64,000 nucleotides of DNA from Alphaproteobacteria bacterium (GCA_965227515.1 CBDDFZ010000001.1:1856001-1920000), one strand, 5' to 3'; numbered from the stretch's first letter, positions 35,864 to 46,321 are shown. Numbers and translations: made by a program. The notes: generated by a model not told the origin, from the sequence alone.

Positions 35864-38800
35864 GACCATCCTCCCCCTTGGCCGCCGCCAGGAAGTCCGG
35901 CTCCACCACCTTCACCGGCACCGGCGTGTGCCCGGCGCCGGTTGCGTAGAGCGTCTGGCCGATGCGGTTGCCGCCGTCGGCCACCAGCGCCAGCGCGATG
36001 GCGCGTTGCAGGAACGGGCTGTCATAGCTCGACGTGACATGGCCCAGGGTCGGCACCGGGGGCGGGGGCTCGTACCGCGTCTCGATCAGGTGGCTGCCTT
36101 CGGCCAGCACCCGCGCCGGGTCCTCGGTCAGCAGCCCGACCAGTTGCAGCCGGCCCTCGCGCGCGGTGTCGGACCGGAACAGCGAGCGCCGGCCGATGAA
36201 GTCGCCCTTCTCCAGGTCGACGATCCAGTCCATGCGCAGGTCGTGCGGGGTGACGGTGCCGTCGGTGTCTTGGCCAACGATGATGAAGCCCTTCTCGGCG
36301 CGCATCAGGTGCATGCCGTCGGTGCCGTAGGGGGTGATGCCGTGGGCCGCACCTTTGGCCATCACCTTCTCCCACAGCCAGCGGCCGTGGGAGGCGCGGA
36401 TGTTGATCTCGTAGCCGAGGTCGCCGGTGAAGGCGACGCGGAAGACGCGCACCGGCACGCCCTCGATATGCGCGGGGCGCCACTGCATGAACTTGAAGCC
36501 GGCGGGGTCGGGGTCGAGGTCGTCGAACAGGCCGTCGACCACCGCGTGGCTGGCCGGCCCGCTGAGCGAGACCACTGCCCACTGCTCGGTGACGGTGGTC
36601 ATGTAGACGTCGAGGTCCGGCCACTCGGTCTGCAGGTAGTCCTCTAGCGTCGACAGCACGCTGGCCGCCCCGCCGGTGGTGGTGGTCATGTGGTAGTGGT
36701 TCATATCGATGCAGGCGGTGACACCGTCGTCACTGACCATGCCGTCCTCGCCCAGCATCAGGCCATAGCGGCAGCGGCCGGGCTTCAGCGTGTCGAAGCG
36801 GTTGGTGTAGACGCGGTTGAGGAAGGTGCCGGCGTCCTTGCCGACGATGTCGATCTTGCCGAGGGTGGAAGCGTCCATCACGCCGACCGTGGTGCGGGTG
36901 GCCAGGCACTCGCGGCGCACAGCATCGGCCAGGCTCTCGCCGGCCCGCGGATAGGCGCGGGCGCGCAGCCAGTCGCCCACCGGCTCGAACTCCGCACCGT
37001 TCTCCAGGTGCCAGCCGTGCATCGGCGTGGTGCGGGTGGGGTGGAAGTGCGGGCCGACCGCGTGCCCGGCGATGGCGCCGAACGTCACCGGCACCGTCGG
37101 CTGGCGGAAGGTGGTGGAGCCCACCTCAGGCACCGGCTTGCCGGTCAACTCGGCGACGATGCCGACCGTGTTCATGTTGGCGGTCTTGCCCTGGTCGGTG
37201 CCCATGCCGACTGTGGTGTAGCGCTTGACGTGCTCGATGCCGCGATAGCCCTCCTGTAGCGCGAGGTCGAGGTCGCGCACGGTGACGTCGTTCTGCAGGT
37301 CGACGAACGCTTTGGCCTTGCGGATCGGCTTGGACGACGTCGGCAGCCAGCTTTGCGCGACCGTGCCCGGGGTAGCCGGCGGGTTGGCGATGGGCGGGGT
37401 CTTCGATGCCTTCGCCTTGAAGCCAACGGCGGTTGCGGCAGCGGCGCCCGCGGTGGCGCCGTCTGCCATCGCCTCGGCGAGATCGAAGGTGCCGTTGGCG
37501 GCACCGACGCTCGTTTGCACCTGCCACGCCGTGCCGGGGCGATAGGCCATCAGCGCCGGGTCGTACCTCAGCGTGCCGCGCGACTGGCTGAACAGGGCGA
37601 CGTTGGGCACCCAGCCGGCGGCATTCAGCAGCAGGTCGCAGGCAACCCGCGCTTCCTCGCCTGGGCCGTTGGGGTGGGCGCTGTGCAGGATCGTGGCGTG
37701 GCGTATGCGCTTGCCGCCGCCTGTGTCGACCACGCTGGCGCCGACATAGACCGGGATGCTGCGGGCATGTGCGGCGGCCTGCAGCGCTGGGTCGGGGTTG
37801 GGCCGCGCGTCGGCGATGGCACCGATCTCGACCCCGGCGTCGGCGAGGTCGAAGGCAGCCTGCCAGGCGGCGTCGTGGCCGGCGAACAGCACCGCGCGGC
37901 CGCCGGCCTTCACGCCGTAGCGGTGCAGCATGTCTTGCGCCGCGCCGGCCAGCATGATGCCGGGCCGGTCGTTGTGGTGGAATGCAAACGGCCGCTCGAT
38001 CAGCCCGGTCGCGAGGATCACTTGCTTGGCGCGGATGCGCCATAGCCGCTGGCGCGGGGCCTTCGGGTCGCGATCGCCGGGCGGCAAATGGTCGGCCAAC
38101 CGCTGCCACAGCGTCACGAAATTGTCGGCGTAGTAGCCCACCGCCGTCGTCCGCGGCAGCAGCGTCGCTTCGGCGTGGCCGGCCAACTCATCGACTACGA
38201 CATCGGCCCATTGTGCCGCGGACTGGCCGCCGATCTGCAAGGCGTTGCCGCTGGCGCGCAGCCATCCGCCGAGCATCGGCTGGCTGTCGCACAGGATGAA
38301 CCTGGCATCGGCCTCCGCCGCCGCCCGCGCAGCCATCAGGCCGGCCGCACCGGCGCCGATGACCAGCACGTCGCAATGCCGGTTGATGGTGTCGTAGCGC
38401 TCCTGGTCGGTGCCGGTGGGCGCGATGCCAAGTCCGGCGGCGTTCCTGATGTGCGGCTCGAACGCCATCCAAGGCGCCGGTGGACCCATGAAGGTCTTGT
38501 AGTAGAAGCCGGCGGGCAGGAACCGGCCGGCGGCGCCGAACGCGGCCCGCGCGTCGAATCTCAGCGACGGCCAGCAATTCTGCGGCCCCGCCGCCAGCCC
38601 CTCGTAGAGCAGCTGGGTCGTCGCGCGCACATTGGGCTCGTCATGGGGCGTGCCGGGGCTGAGCTGCACCAGGCCCGCCGGATCCTCGTCGCCGGCGCCG
38701 AAGATGCCGCGCGGCCTGTGGTACTTGAAGCTGCGCCCGACCATGTGGACGCCATTGGCCAGCAGCGCCGAGGCCAGCGTGTCGCCCGCGAAGCCCTGAA

Positions 38801-38882
38801 AGGAGCGCCCATCGAACGTGAACGACAGCGGCTTCGACCGGTCGATCTGTCCGCCCTCGGCCGTGCGATATTGCTGGCTCAT
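35856..38882 (-). CDS. soxA: Sarcosine oxidase alpha subunit
   Basis: GDTLASALLANG, RSFKYHRPRG, EHVKRYTT.GMGTDQGK, C-terminal GcvT domain. Confidence 0.95.
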   Translation of the reverse strand: MSQQYRTAEGGQIDRSKPLSFTFDGRSFQGFAGDTLASALLANGVHMVGRSFKYHRPRGIFGAGDEDPAGLVQLSPGTPHDEPNVRATTQLLYEGLAAGPQNCWPSLRFDARAAFGAAGRFLPAGFYYKTFMGPPAPWMAFEPHIRNAAGLGIAPTGTDQERYDTINRHCDVLVIGAGAAGLMAARAAAEADARFILCDSQPMLGGWLRASGNALQIGGQSAAQWADVVVDELAGHAEATLLPRTTAVGYYADNFVTLWQRLADHLPPGDRDPKAPRQRLWRIRAKQVILATGLIERPFAFHHNDRPGIMLAGAAQDMLHRYGVKAGGRAVLFAGHDAAWQAAFDLADAGVEIGAIADARPNPDPALQAAAHARSIPVYVGASVVDTGGGKRIRHATILHSAHPNGPGEEARVACDLLLNAAGWVPNVALFSQSRGTLRYDPALMAYRPGTAWQVQTSVGAANGTFDLAEAMADGATAGAAAATAVGFKAKASKTPPIANPPATPGTVAQSWLPTSSKPIRKAKAFVDLQNDVTVRDLDLALQEGYRGIEHVKRYTTVGMGTDQGKTANMNTVGIVAELTGKPVPEVGSTTFRQPTVPVTFGAIAGHAVGPHFHPTRTTPMHGWHLENGAEFEPVGDWLRARAYPRAGESLADAVRRECLATRTTVGVMDASTLGKIDIVGKDAGTFLNRVYTNRFDTLKPGRCRYGLMLGEDGMVSDDGVTACIDMNHYHMTTTTGGAASVLSTLEDYLQTEWPDLDVYMTTVTEQWAVVSLSGPASHAVVDGLFDDLDPDPAGFKFMQWRPAHIEGVPVRVFRVAFTGDLGYEINIRASHGRWLWEKVMAKGAAHGITPYGTDGMHLMRAEKGFIIVGQDTDGTVTPHDLRMDWIVDLEKGDFIGRRSLFRSDTAREGRLQLVGLLTEDPARVLAEGSHLIETRYEPPPPVPTLGHVTSSYDSPFLQRAIALALVADGGNRIGQTLYATGAGHTPVPVKVVEPDFLAAAKGEDGHG

Positions 38883-39232
38883 TCCCGCTCGACTTTCGCG
38901 GCGTCGTTGCCCGAGCCGATGGCCGGCTCGCCTGCGGGTGTCGGCAGCACCTCACCCTCGACATTCGGACGCTCGGCACCGGGCGGGTAGGAGGCCAGCA
39001 CGCGGTCGGTGGCGGTGTTGCGCAGCACGTTGAAATAGCGGCGGCAGCCGGCGGCGTGCATCCAGCGCTCGGCGAACACGCCTTTGGTGTTGGTGCGCAT
39101 GAAGACGTAGTCGGCCCAAGCGTCGTCGTCCAAGTCCTCGGGCTTTTCCGGGCGCACGATGTGCGCTTCGCCGGCATAGGCGAACTCGTCCTGGTCGCGC
39201 TCGCCGCACCACGGGCATGGGATCAGCAGCAT
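38879..39232 (-). CDS. soxD: Sarcosine oxidase delta subunit
   Basis: MLLIPCPWCGER, ERWMHAAGCRRYFN. Confidence 0.95.
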   Translation of the reverse strand: MLLIPCPWCGERDQDEFAYAGEAHIVRPEKPEDLDDDAWADYVFMRTNTKGVFAERWMHAAGCRRYFNVLRNTATDRVLASYPPGAERPNVEGEVLPTPAGEPAIGSGNDAAKVERE

Positions 39233-39260
39233 TGTTTGCCCGCCATATGACAAACCACAT

Positions 39261-39350
39261 CGTCATGCTCGGGCTTGTCCCGAGCATCCACGTCTTGTTG
39301 GCGGCTTTGCCGCCATCTCGTGGATGCCCGCAACAAGTGCGGGCATGACG
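39261..39350. repeat. Family B palindromic repeat inside the sox operon
   Basis: Lies between soxB and soxD; same arms as 22201 copy. Confidence 0.9.
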
Positions 39351-39380
39351 GCGGGGTGGTTGCAGTTGCCATTGCGATCC

Positions 39381-40631
39381 TCAATGCGCCACGGCGGCGG
39401 CGCCGTGCTCGGCGACCAGCTTGCCTGAGGCGAAGCGTTCCATCGAGAACGGTGCGGCGATGGGGTGGGGGTCGTCGTTGGCGATTGTGTGGGCGAACAC
39501 GTGGCCGGAGCCGGGCGTCGCTTTCCAGCCGCCGGTGCCCCAGCCGGCATTGATGTAGAAGCCCTTCACCGGCGTCTTGGAGACGATCGGGCTCGCGTCC
39601 GGGCAGACGTCGACGATGCCGCCCCACTGCCGCATCATCCTGAGACGCGAGAAGATCGGGAACAGTTCCAGAAGCGCCGCCATCTGGTGCTCGATCACAC
39701 TGAACGCGCCGCGCTGCGAGTATCCGTTGGGCGCGTCCAGGCCGGCGCCCAGCACCAGCTCGCCCTTGTCGGACTGGCTGACATAGACGTGGACTGCGCC
39801 CGACATCACCACGCAATTGTGCACCGGCTTCACCGGCTCCGACACCAGAGCCTGAAGCGGATGGCTCTCGATCGGCAGGCGCAGGCCGAGCATGGCGGCG
39901 ATGACGCTGGAGTGCCCGGCGGCGACGCTGGCGACCTTGGACGTGCGGATGGTGCCGCGCGTGGTCTCCACCGCCTGCACCCCGCCGGCGTCCGCCTTGA
40001 TCGCGGTGACCTCGCAGTTCTGGATGATGTCGACGCCCAGCGCATCGGCCTGGCGCGCGAACCCCCACACCACCGCGTCGTGGCGATTGACGCCGCCGCG
40101 CCGCTGCAAGGTGCCGCCCAGCACCGGGAAGCGCGCGTCCGGGCTGGTGTTCACGATGGGGCAGAATTCGCGCACCTGCCTAGTGTCCAGCCACTCGGCG
40201 TCCACGCCTTGCAGGCGGTTCGCCTCCACCCGGCGTTTCAGGGTGCGCACCTCATTGTCGTCGTGGGCGAGGTTCAGCACGCCGCGATGGCTCATCATGA
40301 TGTTGAAGTTGAGGTCGCGGCCCAGCGTCTCCCACAGCTTCAGGGCGTGATCGTAGATCGCCGCGCTCTCGTCGTAGAGGTAGTTGGAGCGGATGATGGT
40401 GGTGTTGCGCCCGGCATTGCCTCCGCCGATCCAGCCCTTCTCCAGCACGGCGATGTTGGCCATGCCGTGCTCGCGGGCGAGGTAGTAGGCGGTGGCGAGC
40501 CCGTGCCCGCCGCCGCCGATGATCACCGCGTCATAGGCCGGCTTCGGATCCGGCGAACGCCATGCCGCCGGCCACCCCTTGTGGCCGCGCAGCCCTTCGC
40601 GCAACAGCCGCCATGCCGAGTACTTCGCCAT
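39381..40631 (-). CDS. soxB: Sarcosine oxidase beta subunit
   Basis: [47 protein letters not shown]. Confidence 0.97.
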   Translation of the reverse strand: MAKYSAWRLLREGLRGHKGWPAAWRSPDPKPAYDAVIIGGGGHGLATAYYLAREHGMANIAVLEKGWIGGGNAGRNTTIIRSNYLYDESAAIYDHALKLWETLGRDLNFNIMMSHRGVLNLAHDDNEVRTLKRRVEANRLQGVDAEWLDTRQVREFCPIVNTSPDARFPVLGGTLQRRGGVNRHDAVVWGFARQADALGVDIIQNCEVTAIKADAGGVQAVETTRGTIRTSKVASVAAGHSSVIAAMLGLRLPIESHPLQALVSEPVKPVHNCVVMSGAVHVYVSQSDKGELVLGAGLDAPNGYSQRGAFSVIEHQMAALLELFPIFSRLRMMRQWGGIVDVCPDASPIVSKTPVKGFYINAGWGTGGWKATPGSGHVFAHTIANDDPHPIAAPFSMERFASGKLVAEHGAAAVAH

Positions 40632-40656
40632 AAATCAGGCCGTTGCCTGATTGTGC

Positions 40657-40748
40657 GAATTCGGTGCCAGCCCACACCCCCTCCCGGCCGCCCAACGACA
40701 GTATGATGCCTGGGTGGCCGGGTGGGGGTGCGGGCCGGTGCCGACTTT
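40657..40748. repeat. Family A repeat, central hairpin in opposite orientation
   Basis: Reverse complement aagtcggcaccggcccgcacccccacccggccacccaggcatcatactg... aligns to 6152-6240. Confidence 0.8.
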
Positions 40749-40762
40749 GTCGCTTGCGACCA

Positions 40763-41716
40763 TCAAGCGGTTTTCCCTTCCGGGATCGGGCTGTCCCAGC
40801 GGTCCATCCACTGGCCGGTCGAGGGGATTTCGAACGCCGACGGGTCCTTGAAGCGCGCGTATTCCTGGATGAAGTGCGAGGCGCTTTCGTACTCGGCCTG
40901 CAGGTCCGGGCGATAGGCGGGATCGTCGGCCTTGCGCATCAGGAACAGGGGCGTGCCCTCCGGCATGCCCGACGGCAGCGCCGGGTCCTGCCAGCGCAGG
41001 TCGATGCTCCAGCGCACCTCGTCGGAGAAGTTCTCCAGCGAGCGGTGCGGGATGAGCTGGTTGAGGAACAGCACCGACCCCTTTTTCATTTCGAAGGTGA
41101 CGATGTCGCCCTCGGGCAGGTCGGTCTCGGGAATGTAGAGATACCAGGACTGCTTGTTGCCGACCTTCTTCTCCAAATAGTGCTGCATCAGGCGTTCCGG
41201 CCGGTGGCCGCCGCGCACCACCTGGATCGGACCGTGGTCGCGGGTGATGTCCAGGAACGGGATCCAGGCCGTCGGCTGCAAGGTGTGTTCGGCGCCTTCC
41301 AGCAGGTAGGCCGTGTCCTGGTGCCACGGCACGGTCATGCGCTGGGTCTGCGGGGTCTTGGAGCGCACGTTCCAGATCGGGTGGCCGGCAATGTCGCCGC
41401 CGATCATCTGCCGCACGATGTCGATCAGGATGTCGCCGGCCCAGATCGCGCCGATGCCGGGCCGGAGCGAGCGCTTGAAATGGATCAGCACCGAGGTTTC
41501 GGGGTGCTCCTTCTCGATCAGCGCCAGCCGCTTGCCGAACGGCGCGTCGGCGTGCTTGTCGGTGATGCGGCCGGCGTCGTAGAGCACGTCGGCCATCTCG
41601 TCGACCATGGCGGCAATATCGTCCATCGCCGGCTGCAACAGGCTGTCGGGCAGCAGGTCCTCGACGAGCAGGAACCCGTCCTCGTCATACTGGTCTAGCT
41701 GTGCCTGGCTGAGCAT
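40763..41716 (-). CDS. PhyH-family Fe(II)/2-oxoglutarate dioxygenase
   Basis: VPWHQD, TAWIP, PHRS..N.S..VRWSIDLR. Confidence 0.9.
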   Translation of the reverse strand: MLSQAQLDQYDEDGFLLVEDLLPDSLLQPAMDDIAAMVDEMADVLYDAGRITDKHADAPFGKRLALIEKEHPETSVLIHFKRSLRPGIGAIWAGDILIDIVRQMIGGDIAGHPIWNVRSKTPQTQRMTVPWHQDTAYLLEGAEHTLQPTAWIPFLDITRDHGPIQVVRGGHRPERLMQHYLEKKVGNKQSWYLYIPETDLPEGDIVTFEMKKGSVLFLNQLIPHRSLENFSDEVRWSIDLRWQDPALPSGMPEGTPLFLMRKADDPAYRPDLQAEYESASHFIQEYARFKDPSAFEIPSTGQWMDRWDSPIPEGKTA

Positions 41717-41818
41717 GCCGTTCCCTCCCGATGCATGTGGCGGCATGGGCGGCCTTTCGGTGGCCGCCCTTTGTCTGGCCGCGATGCTACATGGTCAGGC
41801 AGGCGTGCGCCAATGCCG

Positions 41819-43138
41819 TTAGGTCTCCAGCTTGGAGCCGGTCTTGAGCAGGCCGGTGCCGGGGTTCTCCGGCTTCTTGAACGGCGTCTGCGCGACCTCG
41901 GCGTCCACCGGCGCGTCGGCGTAGGTCTTCGGCAACGTGACCGACAGTTGCGTGCCGATTTCGGCATAGCGCACCGGCACGAACGCAAAACCGATGTTGC
42001 AGCCTTGCGTCGGCGAGTACCACGCCGAGGTGATGTAGCCGACCAGCTCGTCGCCGTCGTGCACGTGGTAGAAGTCTGCCGGGTACCAGGTGATCGGCTT
42101 GCCGCCCATGCGCACGCCGACCAGCTTGTGGGTGACGCCTTCCTTCTGGATGCGGGCCAGTGCGGCCTTGCCGATAAAGTCGTCCTTGGTCAGGTCGACC
42201 TGCCAGCCGAACCCGACTTCGTAGGGGTTCATTTCCTCGTCGATGTCCTGCCCCCACGACAGGATGCCGGCCTCGATACGGCGGTGGTGGCCCGGCGCGA
42301 TGACCCGGATGTTGTGCTTCTTGCCGGCCTCCAGCACCGTGTCCCACATCTTCTCGGCGTTCTTGGTGGCGTCGCGCAGGTAGATCTCGTAGCCGGCCTC
42401 GGCGGAGAAGCCGGAGCAGGAGATCACCACCGGGCAGCCGGAGATCTGCGCCTTGCGCAGGTCGTAATAGGGCATGTCGGCCACGTCGTCGCCGAACAGG
42501 TCGCGCATCAGCGCCGTCGACTTCGGACCCTGGATCTGCACCGGCGCCACGTCGATCTCGCGGATCGTGACATCGAACTTTCCGGTCGCATTGACGCCCT
42601 TCAGATAGAGCCCGACGTCGCTGTCGGCGAGCGAGAACCAGAACTCGTCGTCCTCCGGGCGCAGCAGCACCGGGTCGTTGATGATGCCGCCGTCGGCATT
42701 GCACAGGATGACGTAGCGGCACTTGCCAGTCGGGCACTTCGAGGCCCGGCGGGTGACGACGAGGTCGACGAACTTCTCGGCGTCCGGTCCCTTGACCTGG
42801 ATCTGGCGCTCCACCGCCACGTTCCACATGGTCACGTGCTCGGTGAGGTATTCGTACTCCTTCATCAGGCCGCCGTCCTCGGGCCGGATGTAGGCGCGCG
42901 GGTGATAGACGTGATTGTAGACCTGATAGCACCAGGCGCCCTGTTCCTGGCTCAGGTGCCAGTAGGGGCCTTTGCGCAGGCGGCAGTCGATCAACAGCCG
43001 GCTGCCCTTGGCATCGATGCCTTCGTCGCCGTTGTCGCCGGACTGGCGAAGCTGGATCGGTACGTTGCGCTTCTTCAGGTTCGGGTTGTCGTAGATCGCC
43101 GCCGCGTTGTCGGCTGACAGTCGTCCGCTACCGGTCAT
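41819..43138 (-). CDS. GcvT-family THF-dependent demethylase, DmdA-like
   Basis: YQVYNH, MWNVAVERQIQVKGPDA, INDPVLL, GYEIYL, RRIEAGILSWG. Confidence 0.85.
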   Translation of the reverse strand: MTGSGRLSADNAAAIYDNPNLKKRNVPIQLRQSGDNGDEGIDAKGSRLLIDCRLRKGPYWHLSQEQGAWCYQVYNHVYHPRAYIRPEDGGLMKEYEYLTEHVTMWNVAVERQIQVKGPDAEKFVDLVVTRRASKCPTGKCRYVILCNADGGIINDPVLLRPEDDEFWFSLADSDVGLYLKGVNATGKFDVTIREIDVAPVQIQGPKSTALMRDLFGDDVADMPYYDLRKAQISGCPVVISCSGFSAEAGYEIYLRDATKNAEKMWDTVLEAGKKHNIRVIAPGHHRRIEAGILSWGQDIDEEMNPYEVGFGWQVDLTKDDFIGKAALARIQKEGVTHKLVGVRMGGKPITWYPADFYHVHDGDELVGYITSAWYSPTQGCNIGFAFVPVRYAEIGTQLSVTLPKTYADAPVDAEVAQTPFKKPENPGTGLLKTGSKLET

Positions 43139-43389
43139 GCCATCGTCCTCCCATCGCGGCCGTCGCAGGGCGCGACACCGCCGTGCATGCATGCCGCGCT
43201 CATAGCGCTTTGCGGCGATGGCATGCTGGCCTGTTTGCGACGCCGAAATGTCTGGTTGCGGCAGGTTGTCTCAGTGCGACATGCAGGGCGCGTCGCGACC
43301 CAAATGCGGAAATCGGGTTGCCTTGACCGGCCGCCTTCGCTTATCAGCCGGGCAGCCCCATATGTGCGGGGCAACTGGGAGACAGTCTG

Positions 43390-44304
43390 ATGGCGAGCAA
43401 GGTTTTCATCGACGGCGACGTGGGCACGGTGGGGTTGCAGATTCGCGACCGCCTGGTCCGCCGCGATGATATCGAGCTTGTCAGCATCGACAGCGCGCGC
43501 CGCAAGGAGTTGGACGCCCGGCTGGCCGCCTTTGCCGAGGCCGACGTGGCGATCCTGTGCCTGCCCGATGCGGCGGTGCGCGAGGTGATGCCCCACATCG
43601 GCGGTCTCGCCACCCGGTTCATCGACGCGTCGACCGCCAACCGGGTCAATCCGGACTGGGTGTTCGGCTTCCCGGAGATGGAGCCCGGTCACCGCGAGGC
43701 GATTGCCGCGGCCCGCTATGTGACCAACCCGGGGTGCTGGTCGACGTGCTCGATCGCGCTGATCCGGCCGCTGGTCAAGGCCGGCCTGATCGACCCCGAC
43801 AACCCGCCGGCGGTCTCTGGCGTCTCCGGCTACACCGGTGGCGGCAAGAGCATGATCGAGGAGTTCGAGAGCGGTGCGGTGACCGGCTCGTTCCTCTATG
43901 GCACCGCCCAGGCCCACAAGCACCTGCCGGAGATGCGCCACTACGGGCTGCTCAACCGCAACCCGGTGTTCGTGCCGTCGGTCGGGCAGTACGCCCAGGG
44001 CATGGCGGTCGCGGTGGAGGTGGCGCTCGACGGCGATGGCATCGCGGCGGCGGAGGCGGCGTTGCACGACGCCTACGACGGCACACACTTCGTGTCGGTG
44101 GTGCCGGCCGAGACCCATATGCCGCGCGTCTATCCCGAGCGCCTGAACGGCACCAATCGCCTGGAGCTGTCGGTCAACGGCAACCCGGACACCGGCTGCG
44201 CGACCCTGGTCGGCATCGTCGACAATCTGGGCAAGGGCGCGTCGGGCGCCTCGGTGCAGTGCCTGAACATCATGCTGGGCCTGGACGAGGCGACCGGGTT
44301 GTAA
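43390..44304 (+). CDS. argC: N-acetyl-gamma-glutamyl-phosphate reductase (short form)
   Basis: KVFIDGDVGTVGLQI, NPGC, SGYTGGG, DNLGKGASGA. Confidence 0.93.
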   Translation: MASKVFIDGDVGTVGLQIRDRLVRRDDIELVSIDSARRKELDARLAAFAEADVAILCLPDAAVREVMPHIGGLATRFIDASTANRVNPDWVFGFPEMEPGHREAIAAARYVTNPGCWSTCSIALIRPLVKAGLIDPDNPPAVSGVSGYTGGGKSMIEEFESGAVTGSFLYGTAQAHKHLPEMRHYGLLNRNPVFVPSVGQYAQGMAVAVEVALDGDGIAAAEAALHDAYDGTHFVSVVPAETHMPRVYPERLNGTNRLELSVNGNPDTGCATLVGIVDNLGKGASGASVQCLNIMLGLDEATGL

Positions 44305-44307
44305 GCC

Positions 44308-44769
44308 TTAGCCTGACGGCTTGATCAGCTTGGCGAGCAGGGCCGACAGGTCCGCTGACTCGCGGGCGGTGAGCTGCGTGCCGATGGTGGCCTCCAGGGC
44401 TGCGGCATAGACCGGCCACATGCGCTCGCGGATGTGCCTGCCGGCCTCGGTGATTGCGAAGACCTGCCCGCGGCCATCCTCGCTGCATGGGGTGCGGCGC
44501 ACGTATCCGGCGTCCTCCAGCCGGGCCAGCAGGCGCGACAGCCCGTATTGCGGCAGCAGCAGATGATCCTGCAGCACGTTCGGCCGCAGGCCGTCGTCGC
44601 CGGCGCGTTCCAGTTCCAATAGCGCGTCATACCAGGCGAGCGGCGGCAGGTCGGCCGCCTTCAGGTCGCCCTCGACCTGGCTGATCGCCCGATGGTGCGC
44701 ACGCACCAACCTGGCCCATGTCTTCAAGGTTGTCTTAGAGGGGCTCGCTTTGAGCGGCGTGTCGGTCAT
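44308..44769 (-). CDS. MarR family transcriptional regulator
   Basis: WYDALLEL, SRLLARLE..GYV.R, DGRG. Confidence 0.93.
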   Translation of the reverse strand: MTDTPLKASPSKTTLKTWARLVRAHHRAISQVEGDLKAADLPPLAWYDALLELERAGDDGLRPNVLQDHLLLPQYGLSRLLARLEDAGYVRRTPCSEDGRGQVFAITEAGRHIRERMWPVYAAALEATIGTQLTARESADLSALLAKLIKPSG

Positions 44770-44789
44770 GTGTGCCAAAGATCACATCC

Positions 44790-44850
44790 ATGCAGTTGCA
44801 TCAACCTTGACAATTAAATGCACTTGCATAGATGTTGAATGCAAATGCAT
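44790..44850. promoter_or_regulatory. Three ATGCA-NN-TGCAT palindromes (probable MarR operators) over a TTGACA promoter
   Basis: ATGCAGTTGCAT 44790, ATGCACTTGCAT 44818, ATGCAAATGCAT 44839; TTGACA at 44807. Confidence 0.75.
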
Positions 44851-44871
44851 CTAAATCAAGGAGGCACGTCG

Positions 44872-45321
44872 ATGCCGCAGTCCCAACTCAACGCCTATGC
44901 CGCGACCCTGCTTCGGGTGTCGCTCGGCGTCATGTTCATCGCCCATAGCTGGTACCTGAAGCTGGTGGTCTTCACGCTGCCGGGCACGGCGGCGTTCTTC
45001 GAGTCCATCGGCCTGCCGGGCTGGTTCGCCTACGTGGTGTTCGCGGCGGAGGCCGGCGGCGGCATCCTGCTGGTGCTCGGCGTCCAGACTCGCTGGGTGG
45101 CCCTGGCGCTGGTGCCGGTGCTGATCGGGGCGACATGGACCCATTGGGGTAATGGCTGGATGTTCGGCTACGAGAACGGCGGCTGGGAATACCCGCTCTA
45201 CCTGACCGTGCTGGCGGTCGCCCAAGTGCTGCTCGGCGACGGACGCTGGGCATTGATGCCATCCCGCCCGCTGAGCGCGCTGTTGCGTCTGCGACCTAAC
45301 GCAGCCCGCGCCCAGGCATAG
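44872..45321 (+). CDS. DoxX family membrane protein
   Basis: LLRVSLGVMFIAH, GTAAFFESIGLP, NGGWEY; RBS AAGGAGG. Confidence 0.92.
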   Translation: MPQSQLNAYAATLLRVSLGVMFIAHSWYLKLVVFTLPGTAAFFESIGLPGWFAYVVFAAEAGGGILLVLGVQTRWVALALVPVLIGATWTHWGNGWMFGYENGGWEYPLYLTVLAVAQVLLGDGRWALMPSRPLSALLRLRPNAARAQA

Positions 45322-45364
45322 ACGCGGTCACGCTCGGAAATTTCAGGGCCCGGTTCGCCGGGCC

Positions 45365-45874
45365 TCACCCGAAGACGATCTGGTCCGAACCCGCCACGGT
45401 CACCCGGCCATCGCCGGCGGGGAAGTCGGACAGGATCTGGTTGTGGTGCTCGATCACCTTTTCCGCCGACAGGTAGTCGCGGTCGAAGGTGGAGTGCGCG
45501 TCGGACACCAGCGTCACTTGATAGCCGAGGGCTGCCGCACGCCGGCAGGTGGTGTCGACGCAGAAGTCGGTATGCAGGCCGCAGACCACCAGGCGGCCGA
45601 TGCCGTGCTCGGCCAAGGTGGCCCGGAGGCCGGTCTCCAGAAACGCATCGCAATAGTGCTTGACGATATGGGCGTCGCCGGCCGACGGGCTCAACTCCCC
45701 AACCAGCGTGCCATCGGGTTCGACCCGGCTGTCGGTGACGTAGACGATCGGCACGCCCGCACGCCGGGCCGCCTGTTCCAGGGCGACCACCTGCGCCAGA
45801 ACGCGTTCAGGCTGCCAGGTTTCGTCCCACAGCAGGCTCTTTTGCATATCGATGATGATCAGCGCGGCCGTCAT
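45365..45874 (-). CDS. Isochorismatase/cysteine hydrolase family protein
   Basis: ALIIIDMQ, K..CDAF..T, TDFCVDTT, DAHST. Confidence 0.92.
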   Translation of the reverse strand: MTAALIIIDMQKSLLWDETWQPERVLAQVVALEQAARRAGVPIVYVTDSRVEPDGTLVGELSPSAGDAHIVKHYCDAFLETGLRATLAEHGIGRLVVCGLHTDFCVDTTCRRAAALGYQVTLVSDAHSTFDRDYLSAEKVIEHHNQILSDFPAGDGRVTVAGSDQIVFG

Positions 45875-45886
45875 CCGCTGTTCCTT

Positions 45887-46321
45887 TCAGTCGACGCAGG
45901 CAGCATAGCGCGCGCGGAAATCGGCGGCGACGTCCGACAGGCGCACTTCGCCGAACCGGTCCAGCAGCATCCGTGCGGCATCGTCGCGGGCCTGCCGCAT
46001 GGCGTCGTTGACGGCCTGCTCGACCAGGCATTTCGGCGCCTCGTTGGCGAGACCGAAGGCGAACAGCTCCGGCTCGCCCAGCGCGCCGTACACATCCAGC
46101 AGCGTGATCGCCGACAGCGGACGCGACAGGGTCCAGCCGCCGCCCTGGCCGCGCCCGGCGCGCACGAACCCGCCCTCGCGCAGGCCGGCCATAATGCGCC
46201 GGACCAGCGCCGGGTTGGCACCCAGCATGCCGGCAATCGTCTCCGAGGTGATCGGGCCGTCGGCGTCGTCCATGTGCAGCAGCACATGGAGCAGCCGCGA
46301 CAGCCGCGTGTCCTGGCGCAT
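45887..46321 (-). CDS. Rrf2 family transcriptional regulator
   Basis: LHVLLHM, NPALVRRIMAGLR, GQGGGWTL, ITLLDVY. Confidence 0.92.
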   Translation of the reverse strand: MRQDTRLSRLLHVLLHMDDADGPITSETIAGMLGANPALVRRIMAGLREGGFVRAGRGQGGGWTLSRPLSAITLLDVYGALGEPELFAFGLANEAPKCLVEQAVNDAMRQARDDAARMLLDRFGEVRLSDVAADFRARYAACVD

